A DNA stretch of 64,000 nt from Eledone cirrhosa (lineage: Eukaryota), in contig OZ024743.1 of NCBI GenBank assembly GCA_964016885.1, positions 248,496,001-248,560,000 on the forward strand, written 5' to 3'. Below, in pieces: positions 43,514 to 56,328 of the stretch. A program made the position numbers and the translations under genes. Numbering within the stretch: the stretch's first letter is position 1; each line of letters begins with the position of its first letter. The notes beneath the pieces were generated by a model that was not told the origin of the DNA, made no database searches, and saw only the letters and a list, made by a program, of their open reading frames with translations.

Positions 43514-44019
43514 TTAAACTTTACTCATAAAACGTTAGCCACCTCACAGCTATGGAATAGTAGGCCTAGACTTCCCCAAGGTGTTGCACAGTGGGATTGA
43601 ATACAGAACAATCTAACTGTAAAGCAAACTTCTTAGCTACAAAATCTTTTCTGAACCCATTAGGTTCTCAGTTTAACATTTAATTACTGAGCCACAGACT
43701 AATAACATAAAATGTCCTTCTAGAAGCAAAGTTGAAGCAAATTTGGTTGCATTACACTAAAATTACATTAAAACTTTACATTTAATTAACAAATAGCAGT
43801 GAACATTGTTCATAATGTTAAGTGGATATTGTTCACCAACTTCTTTTTATAATGAAAATCTGAATTAGAAACTCATGGTAATTTGCAGATTTACTATACT
43901 TCTATAGATTTTAATTTTACTTTCTTTTGATTTCTTTTGCTAACATTATCTGAACCTTTGTTCTTGTTTATGTTTCTATCCATTTGCCTGTCTGTCATAT
44001 ATATATTTATATATATAAT

Positions 44020-44310
44020 TGGTGTGGGATGCTTAAAGCGTCAGTATGCGGGAGGCCGTTTGAGCACTCGATGCTCTTACAGAGCAGAGTATAATATCAC
44101 TTAAGATTCGTCTCGACTCTTCGAAGCAGTGTTCCCAAATTTGGAAACTCTACTTTGAAGAATCGAGATGTATCTGAGGATCTTGCGATTTCAGAGTCAG
44201 GTTCGATCATTGCATCGATCATGACTCGAGCTGGTCGCCAGAGAAACGATTGTAATATGTCTAATAAATTTTAATTCGTCACACCACTGATTCTCCGTTT
44301 CTTATGTGAT
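44020..44310 (+). mobile_element. ~290-bp hammerhead-containing monomer inserted in a TA tract (PLE pseudo-LTR or retrozyme-like)
   Basis: CpG-rich structured island between TA runs, containing a hammerhead and AATAAA. Confidence 0.6.
44166..44262 (+). ncRNA. Type I hammerhead ribozyme motif (best-formed in the window)
   Basis: 8-bp stem I agatgtat/atatgtct (two G-U), CTGAGGA(44174-80), long stem II (tct/aga, gcga/tcgc, gagtca/tgactc, tcgat/atcga), GAAA, near-palindromic ACGATTGT, GUA cleavage at 44254, AATAAA at 44263. Confidence 0.8.
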
Positions 44311-44419
44311 ATATATATATATATATATATATATAAACACACAGACATATATACAAGCATTAAACTAATATATTTCTTAATGTACTGTGTTGTTTGCTTT
44401 GTTATTTCTGTTTACTTTT

Positions 44420-45135
44420 TACATGGGCAGAAATTCCATAAGGTGCCCTTAATGCAAACTATGGATGCACAAGAGATGTAGTGGGATTGCAGGCAGGCTA
44501 ACGGAAAAGATAGACTTTACATGCAGCTGATGCACTGGGGAAGTGAGTGCAAAGAGCACATGTGAAATAGATTGCCAGGGGATCTCCATAGAAGTTGTTG
44601 ACAGCTTTTGCTACCTAGGTGATCAAATTAGTAGTGGGGGAGGATGTGCCGAAAGTGTGATAGCTAGGATGAGAACAGGCTGGAAGTAATATAGAGATCT
44701 ATTACCTCTGCTGACAACAAAATGCTTTTCTCTCAGAGTAGAGTGTATGATGCCTGTATGATGCTTGTGTGTGAACTGTAGAGAAACATGGGCCTTGACT
44801 ACAGAAGACTTGTGGAGGTTAGAAAGAAATGAGTGTAATATTAGTGTGCATGAGTGACATAGCATAAGCAAACTGAGAGAAAAGCTTGGCATAAGAGGAA
44901 TTGGATGTAGTATGCAAGAGAGAAGACTGCATTGGTATGGACATGTGTTGCACATGGAAGATAACAGCAGCATAAAGGAATGCAGAGAAACGCCAGTTGC
45001 TGGGAACCATGGAAGAGGTAGACCCAGGAATACATAGGATGAGGCCGTGAAGGCTGACCTTAAGAAACTAAACCTCACAGAAATGATGGAAGATTATGAG
45101 GGATGGCACTATGTGGTGCTGAAAAAGACCTGACC
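44420..45135 (+). mobile_element. RTE LINE 3' half, decayed
   Basis: Remnants of WMHKRCSGI, EVVDSF.YLGD, RTGWK and WYGHV. Confidence 0.8.
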
Positions 45136-45214
45136 TGTAACATACAATTACTCCCGACATCACTACAAACCTCACTATACACATCCCACATGCTCCTAGC
45201 TGTTGTCCCTTGTG

Positions 45215-45567
45215 AAGTAGTTGGTGACGGGAAGGGCATCCAGCAGTGGAGGACCTGCCAAACAAAAGGTCGGGAGAACCCTTCAGTCATGTCAAGGCAT
45301 GACAACCTCCTAGTGTTTGGTGATCTACATGATAAATGCACTCAGTACATGCAGTAAAGCAGTTGGTGATAGAAATGGCATCCAGCCATAGGAAGCTTAC
45401 CAAACAAAGGGTTGGGAGGACCCTTCAATCATGTCAGTCTTCATAGTGTTGGTGATCTACATGATAAACATACTCAGTACATGTTGTAAAGTGGTGGGTG
45501 ATAGGAACAGCATCCAGCCATAGAAGGCTTACCAAACAAAAGGCTGGAAGGACCCTCAATTGTGTCA
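45215..45567 (+). repeat. Three diverged tandem copies of a ~135-bp unit containing the RTE/SINE GGCATCCAGC motif
   Basis: ggtga..gcatccagc..ccaaacaaa(a/g)gg..accct recurs three times. Confidence 0.75.
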
Positions 45568-46112
45568 AAAATATCGATACTAACACATCAGATGATCTTG
45601 CCTCGGACAGGGGTGAGTGGAGGAAAATGATTGCAACTAGAGCTTCAGAATTCGAAAACATCTGAATTTCATATGCTGAGTTGCAATGAGCTGGTAAATA
45701 TATGGAAGACATTAAACTCTTCCCTGAGAAGGGAACAAAAGAATATCTTTCATGTGATGAATGTGGTTGAGTTTGCTTTTCCAAGGCAGACCTAATGACA
45801 TTATAGAAACATCACTGTCTACCAATATGACAGCCAGGTTGATTTCTTTTGCAACATGTGTAACAAAGTGTGTAGGTCAACCAGTGGACCCATTCAGCAT
45901 TACAAATCTTGACATCCCAACCAAAAAGGAAACTGCTACAGGAAAACATAGTGGTATGGCATGCAAGTCTGTTGCTGGTCTAATGAGACACATGAGATGT
46001 TATCAGCAACAAAATAATGAAACATAAGAACAGCATGAATTGAGTTTTTGAAATGGTCATACTTGGTCATGAGTTGACTTTCATCGTGTGTGTGTGTGCG
46101 CATAAGTTTGTA

Positions 46113-46151
<39 letters not shown>

Positions 46152-46479
46152 GTACAAACTTATGCATGTAAATACTGTATAAAAAATATCTAATTTCATC
46201 AAAGATCATAATATATGCGAGACAGGATTGACAGAAAAGAGAAATATACCTGCAGATGGGTTAGTGTTACCATTTGATGATAAGCCACAACATTTTCTAT
46301 GATGATAGCAATGACTCAGAATGTTAGCTGCAGTGACTAGTATTGATGATAGCAGTGATTATTAACAACTATAAGTGTTGATGTGGTGTGGTAAATAATA
46401 TATATACATATATACCAGGTCTGAACAGAAAACAACCAAACTCCCACTGTCACTGTCCCCATCTCTCCCACTCTTTCAC

Positions 46480-47105
46480 TATTATAAGCAAATGGGGCCC
46501 ACGTACAGGCTGCCCCACAGCCCCGGCAGAAAGAATAGAGAAGGCGTTTCCCCAGAGGATGGTGAGGGAGATGTGCTGGAAGAGCCATTCCAGCTCACGA
46601 GGCTCACGTCAGTGGGTAGCCAACTTTGTACCAATGGTGATGAGTAGGGAGGTGGTCCTAGGGCCATGGACACTAGAAGTCTCCACTGCTGCGGGCTCGA
46701 CCACAAACCTGCCAGAAGGCTTACTCTCCTCGGCACAAAGTGCAGCAGAGCCTGGGTTAGTTAGTCGCAGACTGCACCAGGTTGCTGCTGGAGAATGTGT
46801 CGTTGCATGTGGCATCCCGGATGAGGGGTTTACCACCACGGAGGGGAAGATGGTCATGCCTTTTGCTCTTCCCTTGGTTCAGTCTCACCAGCTTAAGCTG
46901 GAAAGGGAATCCTGCAGCATCCAAGCCATGCTTTATGACCTTGTTGAGAGTAGCATGGCGTGGAAAGCAGCCTGTACTGCAGTGGCAGGACAGCAGGTGG
47001 AGGCCAAAAGAGTCTAGAGTGGCTCCACAGTGACATTTGTGTAGCTCGCAGATCCAGAAGCCGAGCCTCAGGAAAACCCTGAGTCACAGACTATCATTAA
47101 ATTGT
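46480..47105 (-). mobile_element. CRE-clade non-LTR retrotransposon C-terminal fragment (zinc finger + restriction-like endonuclease), decayed
   Basis: Manual translation across frameshifts: LRLGFWICELHKCHCGATLDSFGLHLLSC..PRHATLNKVIK..GKPLIRDATCNDTF..PGSAA..AEESK..AVETS..GP..FQHISLTILWGNA. Confidence 0.75.
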
Positions 47106-47340
47106 CAGTGGGTGGGTTATTGAAATTTTCGCCCCACAGGGGCGAAAATTTATAAGGAATTGTTTTTATAACTATGAATGATAAAATTGAAGCGTTTCCT
47201 GCCATAAGTGGAAATTGGAGCGTTGAAATGAATATCACTATGACAACAGGTAGTGACCGAAAATAATCACATGAAAACAAAAGTATAGAAACACAAACAG
47301 CACAAAAAATATTGAACAAGAAAAAAACACAACTTCACAA

Positions 47341-48885
47341 ATGAACTCCACAACCACAAATCAAGCAACTGAGAACAACAAAAACAACAAAAACGACAAC
47401 AATGACAACAACAGCAACCATAAAAAATCTTTTCCCACAATAAACAAAGGAACTTTTACAAATATTTATATTTCCAATGCGAAGGAAATGATCAATGAAG
47501 GGAAAAAATATATTACCTTCGAGGAAAAAAGGGGATTTAAAATCATCTCTCCGCCACAATGCGAAGGACTGTGATTTTTCGCACGATTTCAAACACACAA
47601 AAAAAAAACGGCTTTCCTTACTCAAGGCGAAATTGAAATCATCTTGAAAGAGGCAATGCCAGACATACAATTCATACAAAGGGCTAAACTATATGGAAGC
47701 ATTTCGGTGCTCTTCAAAAGTGAGGCCCTTGCAAAAAAATACTCAGTGACCCCGGTCACCTCTGCCACACAACCTTTTTCCCTACATACATGGGAAAAAG
47801 AACACAAAAAATAAACATTTCAAACATACCACCCAACATTAACATCCGGTGGATTCTGGCAGGGTTCTTGGAGGAGGATGAAGACACAATACTGTCGATT
47901 CAAAAATCCACAAGAAACACCTGGAACGGCACAAGCTTGGAAATTTTGGTCCAAATGAAACCGGACAGAATTTCCAAGATAGCAGAAAGAGTGCCAGTAG
48001 ACAATACAAACTATATACACATTTCAGCAGAAAGAGGGAGGCCACATTGTTTTAAATGCGTAATCACATCACATTTAAAGGCCTCCTGTTCTCTCTTACG
48101 AACAACCCCCCCACAAAAAAAAGTACTTTTACCAACACCAACACCACCACAACAACAACATACAAAACAAGCAAAGACACAAAAACAAACAACTGCTCAA
48201 CCACAAACAACAGAACAAACACAAACAATTCCCCTGAAAAACACAGTCCAACCCCATCCCACTCCATCCAACACTACCACAATCACACACACAAACACAC
48301 CATCACCACACAACATACTCCCCCCCCCCCACGCCCCTGATGATGATTCATCATCAGACGAGGCTACTTCTCCATCCCCAAGTGAAGATGAAGGAGAGCC
48401 TCGGAAATCAAAAAAAAAAAAAGAGACACCCCAAAGCCACAAAAACAACAATCACCAACACAAACACACAACCACCAACACAAACAACAAAACAAACACC
48501 AACACCACCCCAAACACAAATGCCCACCATAAAAAGAAAACTACAAAATGAACAAAAAACCAAAACAACACAACAAAAAAACAAACAACAATACACATAC
48601 ATTAACACAAACAACAAAAACCTAATGGAGGTCATCTGCCAAGACCCCAAAGTAGAAACTGAGGGGAAAACTTGTCAAGGCAGACTCTCAACCACACCTA
48701 AAACTGATAAGGGTTTCGATAGAAACCTATCAGAAATTAAAAGAACAATTTTCACAGGACGTTGGCAACCCCTGTCAAAAGCCCATTAACCGCGTCCTAT
48801 TAAAATGTTTCCCACCCCACTCAACACCCCTACCAGCACCCAAATGGAGATTGAACAACCCGATCTCCTGGAAACGAAAAGGTAA
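47341..48885 (+). pseudogene. Tx1-like ORF1 (zinc knuckle, low-complexity T/P/K-rich tail)
   Basis: INISNIPP and CFKCVITSHLKASC (CCHC knuckle); split by frameshifts. Confidence 0.75.
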
Positions 48886-48927
48886 GTGCATCTTTTCGTC
48901 TTTTTTCGCCAACTCTTCTCCACCAAC

Positions 48928-51900
48928 ATGGCTAACTTAAGAGTTGGAAGTGTGAATGTGTGTGGCCTAGGGAGCCCTGAAAACAGAGCCAACTTTTAAA
49001 CGACCTTAGGTCATACGGTATGGATGTGATAGCCATCACCAAGTCCAGGATCCACAACAGGCAGCAACTAACCCCCATCTTCAATGACTTTGAGATCTAC
49101 GCATCTCTCTGTCAGCCAGGAGGTGGAGGGGGAGTGGCTGTCATGTTTTGAAAAAACCTGGACCTCGAAATACAGCAAGTACACTGGAACCCGGAGGGCA
49201 GACTGGTAGTCCTAGACGTGAACAGTCTTGGAGGTGGAGCCTTCAGACTGGTGGCCGTTTATGCCCCGACTGGGCAATCACGGCCAGACTTCTTTAAACG
49301 TCTAGAGTCTTTTCTGGGAACGTCTCGCTCCTTGCTTTTAGTGGGGAACGGGAATGGTATCCTAGATGCACGATGGGACTATGTAGGATCATGTCTCAGT
49401 AGAGGGGGGTGCAACAGCCTCAAAAATTTAATCAGCCAATTCCAACTGGCTGATAGGTATCGACATTTCCCGACTGTACCACAGTGGATGTTGACAAACC
49501 GCAGTGGACATCTAGATCGTATTTAGAGAGGTTCTTTATTAGAGAGAGAGACAAAAGCTGTTCACAAATGCACATGGTTGCCTATTCAGACCACAAACTA
49601 GTCATCTACATAGTCAACCGTGATAGAATACATAGACAAGGACCCGGATACTGGAAGCTGAACGTGTCGCTACCAACACTTAAAGCCTACAGTGAACGGA
49701 TAAGTAGATTAGTTAAGCAACAGTTGACGGGAGCCAATCGTCAACAACAGATGGTGGTACTCTCTCAAGAGAGCAATTAGAGTAGAGTCGATAGACTTTA
49801 GCAGAGAATTACCTTTAGAGAAAAACAAAACAGAAACAGAACTAGTAGCCAAGGTAGAGGAGGCACTTAGGAGTGGCAACACAGCTAGAGTGCTAGCAAC
49901 GAGAACGGCACTGGACCAGTTCTTCAACGTGAAACACGAAGGCTGTGTGGTCAGAAGTAAATCACGTGCTTTAGGAAACGAGGGAGCAAAAGCTGTTAGC
50001 TGGGCCCGAGTGGCAGAGGCGAAAGGTGGCAACAAGTCCACGATTCGGTCTTTGAAAGACCAAAACGGATGCGTGCTACTTGACCCCAAGCGGATGTGCA
50101 CGGCCTTTCAGCGGCACTTTGCGCAACTGTTCGATCAGAGTGGCGGTGCGTCGAACGGGGCAATGGACTTTGGTTCATACCTCGATGGCTTGCCGCATCT
50201 CTCGAGCATGGCCACCGAGTTCTACGGAAGACCGATCACAGCCACTGAGATACGGGACGCTCTGGGCCACTGTGGGAAATGCAAATCACCCGGTCTAGAT
50301 GGTCTACCCTATCAGTTTTACATAGGCATGCCGGACTTGTTCTCTGGCTTCCTCGAAGCCGTCTACTGCAACTGGCAGCAGAATGGGAAAATTCCCAGTT
50401 TTGCAGGCAGGGACGTAGTAACGCTGATCAGGAAAGACGAGAACAAGGGGGACGAACTAAGCAACTTTAGGCCCATAACTCTGCTCAACACAGAGTTAAA
50501 GATTTTGGCCAAGGTGTTGGCAACGAGGTTGGCACTTGTCGTCGAGAACCTGGTAGGGAAAGCGCAAACGTGTGCAATCCTGACCAGGTCCATACACGAC
50601 AACCTCCACCTCATGCGATACATCATAGAGAGGGTGGGATGTAAACATGGCTTTGGTGGGGCTCTGATCAATTTACGTCAGTCTAAGGCGTTCGATAGGG
50701 TCGACCATCGATACTTGGAATCGGTTCTCAAGGCGGCCGGTTTCGGACCCGTCTTCAGAGGCTGGATCGCCGCAATGCACACCAACATCTGCTCAATGGT
50801 CAAGGTGAACGGCTACCTATCGGAGCCGTTCGCAATTACGCGTTCTATCCAACAGCGATGCCCTCTCTCCTCCATTCTGTACGTACTGAACTCTAGAGCC
50901 ACTACTGCAGAAGTTGAAGCTGCTGCAAGGCATCCCGTTGGGAACCGGAACTGCAGAAAGCAGTGTCGGCTTGTGCCGACGACGTGACAGTAATGGTGTC
51001 AGAAACCTCGGAATTCAGAGCGATCGGCAACTTACTGCAAGAATACGAAAGGCTCACGGGAGCAAAACTGAATCCGGACTAGCCTGACGGTTTGCAACTC
51101 GGAACGTGGAGAGGCAAACCAATGCCATCCGACAGCATCGTCGGATGCTGGACGGACAGACCAGTGAAATTGCTCGGGGTCTGGTTCGGTCCGGACCTCC
51201 AGGTGGAGAAAAACTGGAACAAAGTCACGGCCAAGGTATTTGCGCTCACCCAGAAGTGGGCAGAGTGCAAACTATCCTTGAAAGGTCAAGCGGAGGTGGC
51301 GAACACATTCATAGCGTCCATCGTGCGTTGTCCCCGTGAACACCTCACCAAGATGGAACGCATGCTCTTCCAGTTCCTTTGGAAGAAGCAGGCTCCACTG
51401 GTGAGGAGATCCGTCTGCTGTCAGCACCCTTCCAACAGAGGGCTGGGAATGCTGTGGCTGATGATGCGCAAACATGCGCTGAGGTTAGGGCATCTACAGG
51501 TATTCCTCACCGACCAACCGATGTGGGTACTGTTTGTGAGACAGGGTTTCCCGCAACTTGTCTCACTGACGGAGTTGCAGTCCTGGGTCAAGTGGAGACC
51601 GAAGATGGGCACCTGGCACATTGAATGCGCTCAGGCACTCACAGTCCTCTGTCAAGCGGGCACAGCAATCAGTGGAGACTCCACTTCGACACTCTATAGA
51701 GGGTTAGTACGTTATAAGGGCGACGACGTGCTCAGAGAAACTCTGGGCATCGAAGACGATGAACTCACCAGTCTATTTGGTAGGACTTTCCGCCCAGGAC
51801 CTATGGACAACTTCCAGAGGTCCCTGGCCTGGCAGTGCTACCGAGGAGCTCTACCAGTTTGAGACAAGATCTACAGGCATGGACGTCTGGCAGGGATCCT

Positions 51901-52317
51901 TCCAAGAGGACGTGTCCAAGATGCGAGCAGGACATTGAAACCGTCTTGCACGCAATTGTACACTGCCCAGGCGTAACTGACCTGTGGAACTACGCAGAAC
52001 AACTGCCATCGCGTATGGGACAAATCCAGTTGACTGCCGAGCCCATAGTAAGGATCAAACCGCCAACCTCTTTCAAAAACGAAAGAGAGGCGGTTTTCCT
52101 CTGTATAGTGGCTATGGTGAAAGAGGTTATATGGTGGACGAGATTGAGAGGACTGAGAACAAATGTCTTTATTTCCGGACAACAACTCATTCCCTTCTTT
52201 AGGAGGAGAATCAGAGTGGAGAGAGAGGCACTGCACCCCAGTAAATTTACTGAAAGGTGGGTGAATGTGGCAAAAATGGCCCGAGTGATTGGGCCTTCTC
52301 TGTATATAAACCTGTAG
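48928..52317 (+). pseudogene. Tx1-like ORF2 (APE-RT-zinc finger)
   Basis: LRVGSVNVCGL, VYAP, YSDHK, PGYWKLN, KSPGLDGLP, NFRPITLLN, KAFDRVDH, CPRC..ETVLHA..HC; multiple frameshifts and stops. Confidence 0.9.
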
Positions 52318-53322
52318 GTTGAAGAAGAGAGCAAAAGGAAGAAGGGAGCACACGCTCCTGAAGTTGAGGGTTGTTCTATTGACGGGGTATTAAACAACCT
52401 ATTTGTGGCGCCTCCCCACTATTGGGGATTTTGATTGTTTAATTTGTTTGTTTCAATATTTTTACACGATTGTATGTAAAATCCCCGGCATGTGTCCTTT
52501 GTTTTGTCCCCTTTTCTTGTGCGCCCTTGTGGAAAATAAAGAAATATATCATTATGATACACGTATTAATAGACAGTAAACTTTTCTTTTTTGAATCACA
52601 TCAACTAATTTGTTAGGAATAAGAGGTATGCAATAATGAAAGTATTAAAAAAATAAGATTAAAATAACAGACAGAAAAAAAATTTATATATTAAAAACAT
52701 TAATAAAGAAGTGTGGGTGGAAGCAAACTCTATACACCTTTGGTTGGGTGGTATAGCTCAGATACATTATCATGGTCAAGATGGCAAATGTGTTGCCCCA
52801 AAGAACAGCCAGAAACAGCTGCCATTCCACCTCCTGACCATAAGGTAGTTTAATGCTTTGGAAAGAAATTCTGCTCTGATATGATGTGAACCCAAAGATT
52901 ATTATTTAGTGGATAGCTTTGCAGTTGTTTGCAAACTAGTAATTCCATTACTTTACTGATGTTATGAAATAGATCAATATTGATGAATCAGATCTTCAGT
53001 CTCTGCTATGTATAGAAATTACAGGGGCAATAGATTATGCCTGTGGTTTGGAAATGCACCTCAAATGAATTACAGGTAAAATAAGTGAGTCATGAGACTG
53101 GCAAATTACATAAAACATTCATTCATGACTAGGACAGAAATTTTATATCACATTAACTTCATGGCAACATTTGCATTATAAACCATGATCTTTGATATTG
53201 TGTCAGAAGATGACCTGATCAATGGTGTTATGTAACTCCTGACAGAGTCATAAATGTGTCAGATTGACATAGACATTTTAAACCTGGTGGAGCCCATTCC
53301 CTCTCCAGAAATGAACACAGCC

Positions 53323-53575
<253 letters not shown>

Positions 53576-54780
53576 CAAAATAATCGACCCAGGTACTATG
53601 CTGGTACTTTTTTTTCATCAACCTCAAAAGTACGAAAAGCAAAGATGACCTTGGCAGGTTTTGAACTCAGAGTGCAGAGAGCTGAAATAAATACCACAAA
53701 GCATTCATATATAAATGTTTTGACAACTCTGCAAATTCACTGAAATGGTGGTATATACAATACACATCTCAGCATGGACCCAGTGAAACAGTAAAAAATA
53801 ATACCAAAGAAATACTAAGGTAAGATAAGTTGAGAACTGAAACAGCACATAAAACTGGCCATACCATAAAGCACAACTCATAAAGCAGATCTAGGATCAA
53901 AAGAGTTAGCACCCATATCATCCAAATCTGGAGCTCAAACTACATGTATCCAGTAATGTCTCCTTTTAAGATAACAGGATGTGAATTGGGGGAGATTTGG
54001 ATGCTATTTCTAGCAGGTTGAACAATTAGTACAGATGTTATCATTTCATCTCATCAATTTTAGCCCTACCACCACTGATAAATTACCAATCAACAATGGT
54101 GGATTAATAAAATAATTGACAGCATGTCATGGCAAGATGCCTTGCAATAATATATTTTCCAGCACTTCGCATTCTGAGTTCAAATTCCCCTTAGGGTTCC
54201 AAATCCCACCGATGACCAGGGCTAGTCACATGTCTATGCAACCGCAAATGATTATGAAAGCTACAATGAGTGTAGGCAGATTGTGGTCATCTGCTACTGA
54301 AGTTGAATGATGATTACTACCAATAGCAATAACAACAGCAACAACAACAATACAGCTTCTACATTTATTTCTGATGCTGTATATTTATATAGCTAAAATG
54401 TGTGAACTTGGTAAATAATTATATAATCCCAAGAAATAATGCAAAGCAATGTACAGGTCATTGCCTTTAACCAAGTAGGCTACTTCTGGCATTGTCAGAT
54501 ATGATGATAAAAGAAAAAAAAAAAAAAACAATAACCGTTGCCATGGGATACTGCATGGAAATATGAAAACAGTGACATGGGAAGTAAATCATAGGAAGAT
54601 ATCAGAAATTATTCATGTAGTTTGGTAAAATGACTGGAATAAGTCATGGACACATAAGCATACATATGAATGCACACCGTCTAACACATGCTAGCGTGGA
54701 AAGTGGACGTTAAACGAAGATGATGATGATGATGATGATCTGTCCCCCCCAAAATACATGTATTTACACACATGCATTAA

Positions 54781-54996
54781 CCCTTTAGCATTCACATTAT
54801 CCTATATTTACTATTATATTTTCACTGTAAATGCTTTACCTCACAATTATCTCACATAATATTAAATCTATAAGATATTGATATTTATTTTGAGAACAAT
54901 ACCTTAACATCAGTATGAGTGGCTGGTTATGACTGATTTGAGCAGAAAGAGGTGAGAGAATTCTGGCTGGATACAGCCGGTTTAAATGCTAAAGGG
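54781..54996. mobile_element. piggyBac-type MITE
   Basis: TTAA|CCCTTTAGCATT...AATGCTAAAGGG|TTAA. Confidence 0.88.
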
Positions 54997-55245
54997 TTAA
55001 ATCTGGTGATCACTGTCATCCACAAGTAAGAAAGTATTTGAGCCTGTACTGAGGTTGATTTAATTTTCCCTCGGCTAAAATTGGTGGCTTGTGCCAAAAT
55101 TAGAAGCCATTATTTATCAAAATACATTGGTACGTAATCCAATAAAACTAAAAAAAACCTGTTTGGCATGAACAACTCTACATGCAATACTTTCATATCA
55201 GATTCACTAACAAGCACGTAAAAAAAAAATCATTAAATACTTTAA

Positions 55246-55470
55246 CCCTTTAGTATTTAAACCAGCCGTATCCAGCCAGAATTCTCTCACCTCTTTCTGT
55301 TCAAACCGGCTGTAACTGGCCACTCATACTTAATTTAAGGTATTGTTCTCAAAATAAATAATATCAAAATCTCATAGATTCGATATTATGCGAGATAATT
55401 ATGTAAGGTAGAGCCTTTACCATGAAAATATAATAGTAAATATAATAAATATAATGTAAATGCTTAAAAG
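55246..55470. mobile_element. piggyBac-type MITE (opposite orientation to 54781)
   Basis: TTAA flanks, same internal sequence. Confidence 0.85.
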
Positions 55471-55554
55471 TTAAACATCATCGACACCTATAAATACAGG
55501 ATTACCTCTTAACTAACCACCAATAGCCAAACTGAACTTCTCAACTCTCGACAA

Positions 55555-56110
55555 CTACATTTTCCATTCAAGAGTCATGAAAATAATTTTAATAAGAATC
55601 CTTCTATTAGGCTTGAACATAAATACTTCTAAATCCTACACCGGTATACTTGGCAAATACATTGATATATTTATTCCTATACTTAATGAAGCTTCCCAAC
55701 TAATAAAATACACATTTTATACAGTTCAATATAAAAGACAACGCATCTATATCCAGATTTCCTCCCTCGGCCTGAACTCCCATATTAGGGATGATGATAT
55801 AGATATAATTTACAAGCTGGCGGTCTCTCATCTACATAACATCATCTTGTTGAAGAAAATCTCTAATTCTCTGTCATATGTTGGTAGGGGCAGGAATGAC
55901 TTGACTCTGTTGTGGTAAGCTTATTCATACTGCATAATTTAAAATCTAATTTCCAGTCTTTAAGAGGGGGAGGGGTCTGTACAGGGATGATAGCCTCATA
56001 TTCCCCAGAGACTATCATCTTTGTTTGACTGATATCCTAAGGAAGAACCTCCATTGCCTTTCTATTAAAAAGTAACTAATATTGTAGTCTTTTGTTGATA
56101 GACTGCATTT
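55555..56110 (+). pseudogene. Penelope-like reverse transcriptase relic
   Basis: Across frameshifts: FKSHENNFNKNPSIRL / INTSKSYTGILGKYID / LFILHNL / GLYRDDSLIF. These match PLE RT motifs LKDHKENF..NP..RLINP.KS.IG and GLYRDDGL. Confidence 0.7.
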
Positions 56111-56157
56111 TTGGATATGCACTTGAAATCTAATGGGTGTATGTGTAAGTATGCACT

Positions 56158-56251
<94 letters not shown>

Positions 56252-56254
<3 letters not shown>

Positions 56255-56328
56255 GGTGTCCTAAAAAATGTATATACACCTTGATTATAATGCTGTTGAA
56301 GTGTGTATACATTTTTTGGGACATCCTA
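56252..56328. mobile_element. Tiny Tc1/mariner-type MITE
   Basis: TA|CAGGGTGTCCTAAAAAATGTATA ... TATACATTTTTTGGGACATCCTA|TA inverted termini. Confidence 0.75.

Larger units (their letters stand above)
47106..52546 (+). mobile_element. L1/Tx1-clade LINE, near full length, frameshifted
   Basis: Two-ORF layout; the 3' UTR ends in AATAAAGAAAT. Confidence 0.9.

Noticed and set aside
44020-44286. Solo LTR interpretation (TGGTGTG...CACACCA termini)
   Set aside because: No TSD, the insert extends past the CA, and the hammerhead plus AATAAA fit a PLE/retrozyme-type unit better.
46388-47017. 209-aa plus-strand ORF
   Set aside because: Antisense shadow of the CRE-like fragment.
48337-48358. CTGATGATGATTCATCATCAG hairpin/core
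   Set aside because: Encodes PDDDSSSD in Tx1 ORF1; no hammerhead second half.
52546-52556. Tx1 TSD (tatcatta also at ~47092)
   Set aside because: The left copy is not adjacent to the presumed 5' end and the match is short and AT-rich.
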